Position numbers and translations under genes: made by a program. Positions 62,435-64,000 of a DNA stretch of 64,000 bases are shown piece by piece (within the stretch, counting starts at the first letter, position 1; every line of letters begins with the position of its first letter). Source of the DNA: Candidatus Latescibacterota bacterium (GTDB lineage: Bacteria > Latescibacterota > UBA2968 > GCA-2709665); NCBI GenBank assembly GCA_965203805.1, contig OZ241917.1, forward strand, positions 3,712,001 through 3,776,000, given 5' to 3'. The notes below the pieces were generated by a model that saw nothing but the letters and a program-made list of their open reading frames with translations, made no database searches and was not told the origin of the DNA.

Positions 62435-64000
62435 TGAACTCGGACACAATTGTGGGAACTCGACTCTCTCCACAACAGGACCACGTTTGGCGTCTGCAAG
62501 TAGCTGCTTCAGGTCGAATATTTGGTGTACATTGTCTAGTGAATATTCGGGGTGTTTTAGATGGGGAATCTCTGAGGAGTGCCCTATTGTCCGTAGTCGA
62601 GCGACACGAGATCCTTCGGACAGAGTTTCAATTCATTCCTGGCCTGAAGGTACCACTTCAGGTAATACAAGAGACAGTCGATCTATCGTTTAATAAATGT
62701 GACATCAGCCACTTGAGTTCGCTGGCTCAAACTGAAAAGATTGAATCGACATTCTATATGGACAAGCCCAATGTGACGAAGACTGAACAGCGTGAAGTGC
62801 CGACCTTTCAACTGCTGAAGCTCACTAAAAAGGAGCATTTGCTGTCGGTCAACTTACCAGCAATGTGTGCGGACGCAAAGTCATGTGACATTCTGGCGAG
62901 GGAGCTAAGTTGCTTCTACAATCGAGGCATTAGTTCAGAGTGTATTACATCCGACCAACTTCAGTTCGCTGATGTTGGGGAATGGGAGCACAGCGTGTTA
63001 GAATCAGAGGATAGTGAAATTGGGAGAGCGTACTGGCGAGATTGTAAATTGGATAGTTTGCTCAACACGAAGTTGCCAATCCAACGTGAACAAGCCGACA
63101 GTCGCTTGTTTGATCCTCGCGCACTTGAACTTGCGGTTCCGGCTGAATTGCACTCAGCAATTGTAAATGCTTGTCGTAACTGGAGAGTCTCAATTGCTGA
63201 TTTTCTCTTGACGTGCTGGTACGTGTTTCTTTGGCGATTGAACCGGCAGAGTGGTCTGGCCGTCGGTGTCGCTGTGGACGGGCGGAATTATGAAGAGATA
63301 GAAGGATTGGTCGGACCACTTACAAGCTACGTACCGGTGAGAGTCGGCATGTCTAAACACTCGCCGTTCAAGCAGATTCTGGCTACGGTAGCTAAGGCGA
63401 CGAAGGACGCAAGGCGATGGCGAGAGTCCTTCTCATGGCAGGAGAGACTGAGTTCAGCAAACGTCGACGAACCCTACTTTCCATATATTTTCGATTTCTA
63501 CGGCGCCGAACGTGAATATTGCTGCGGTAAGGTCGAGTTCTCTGCTGACGTAATTCAATGGCGAACCGAACGATTCAAACTAAGGTTTTTAGGGCGAATG
63601 CAGAAAAGGTCGTTGCAAATTGGGATCGAGTACGACTCCGCCTGCTTTAGTGAAGAGGATGTTCGATCGCTACGCCGACCGTTAACCGAACTGGTCAAGA
63701 GTTGTCTCGACAGGCCGGATGTTCCCATATCTGCCATTAAACTCGTCGATGATGCGATGCAGTATCATTCAACAATCAATCGGAACGAGAGACCGGCGAA
63801 AAATCTTGAAGAGAAGTGTATTCACCGGCTTTTCCAGTGCCAAGTTCAGAAAGTGTCAGACCGAATTGCAATCGAGTTTGCGGCAGGACACCTGACGTAC
63901 AGCGCCCTTGAAACCCGTGCTAACCAGTTAGCAAATCACCTTCGTAGGCTGGGGGTTGGCCCTGGAGTACAAGTTGGAATACTCATTGAGCGCTCTCCGG
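62434..64000 (+). CDS. NRPS starting with an interface (I)-type C-like domain followed by an A domain; truncated by the window end and absent from the ORF track
   Basis: Frame open from ATG 62434 (TAATG overlap) to 64000: RLSPQQ, RHEILRT, LPAMCAD replacing HHxxxDG, DGRNYEE, then A1 motif LTYSALETRANQLA. Confidence 0.88.
   Translation, partial: MNSDTIVGTRLSPQQDHVWRLQVAASGRIFGVHCLVNIRGVLDGESLRSALLSVVERHEILRTEFQFIPGLKVPLQVIQETVDLSFNKCDISHLSSLAQTEKIESTFYMDKPNVTKTEQREVPTFQLLKLTKKEHLLSVNLPAMCADAKSCDILARELSCFYNRGISSECITSDQLQFADVGEWEHSVLESEDSEIGRAYWRDCKLDSLLNTKLPIQREQADSRLFDPRALELAVPAELHSAIVNACRNWRVSIADFLLTCWYVFLWRLNRQSGLAVGVAVDGRNYEEIEGLVGPLTSYVPVRVGMSKHSPFKQILATVAKATKDARRWRESFSWQERLSSANVDEPYFPYIFDFYGAEREYCCGKVEFSADVIQWRTERFKLRFLGRMQKRSLQIGIEYDSACFSEEDVRSLRRPLTELVKSCLDRPDVPISAIKLVDDAMQYHSTINRNERPAKNLEEKCIHRLFQCQVQKVSDRIAIEFAAGHLTYSALETRANQLANHLRRLGVGPGVQVGILIERSP

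Overview
The window has two parts. Positions 1 to ~39,450 are GC-rich housekeeping DNA from a bacterium that probably belongs to the FCB group (inferred from a PorV/PorQ-type gene and the general gene content). They hold rng, rplU-rpmA, mdh, acnA, gpmI, sucC, a probably sigma54-driven FmdB-dnaK pair, a variant ccm operon (CxxxY CcmE), sugar-acid genes, fmt, yajC, tgt and several MITEs. Positions ~39,450 to 64,000 are a visibly lower-GC island. It begins with a class IIC group II intron remnant and carries a fragmented NRPS gene cluster that runs off the window end, interrupted by IS1380, IS630 and IS256. The cluster encodes an MbtH-domain protein, a heterodimeric ABC exporter, a twitch-type radical SAM enzyme, an IPMS-like synthase, a PaaK-like ligase, a free ACP, a C-N hydrolase, a two-Cys racemase-like protein, an A-less BtrH-like/T/C protein, a SyrP-like TauD hydroxylase and an NRPS starting with an interface domain. 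Two features stand out. First, an apparent ACP-dependent starter-unit pathway may load an NRPS through a BtrH-like domain. Second, tiny (19-53 bp) palindromes of the form CCTGYCTG...CAGRCAGG insert without target duplication, and one frameshifts the IS1380 transposase. All family assignments come from motif recognition by eye; no searches were run.
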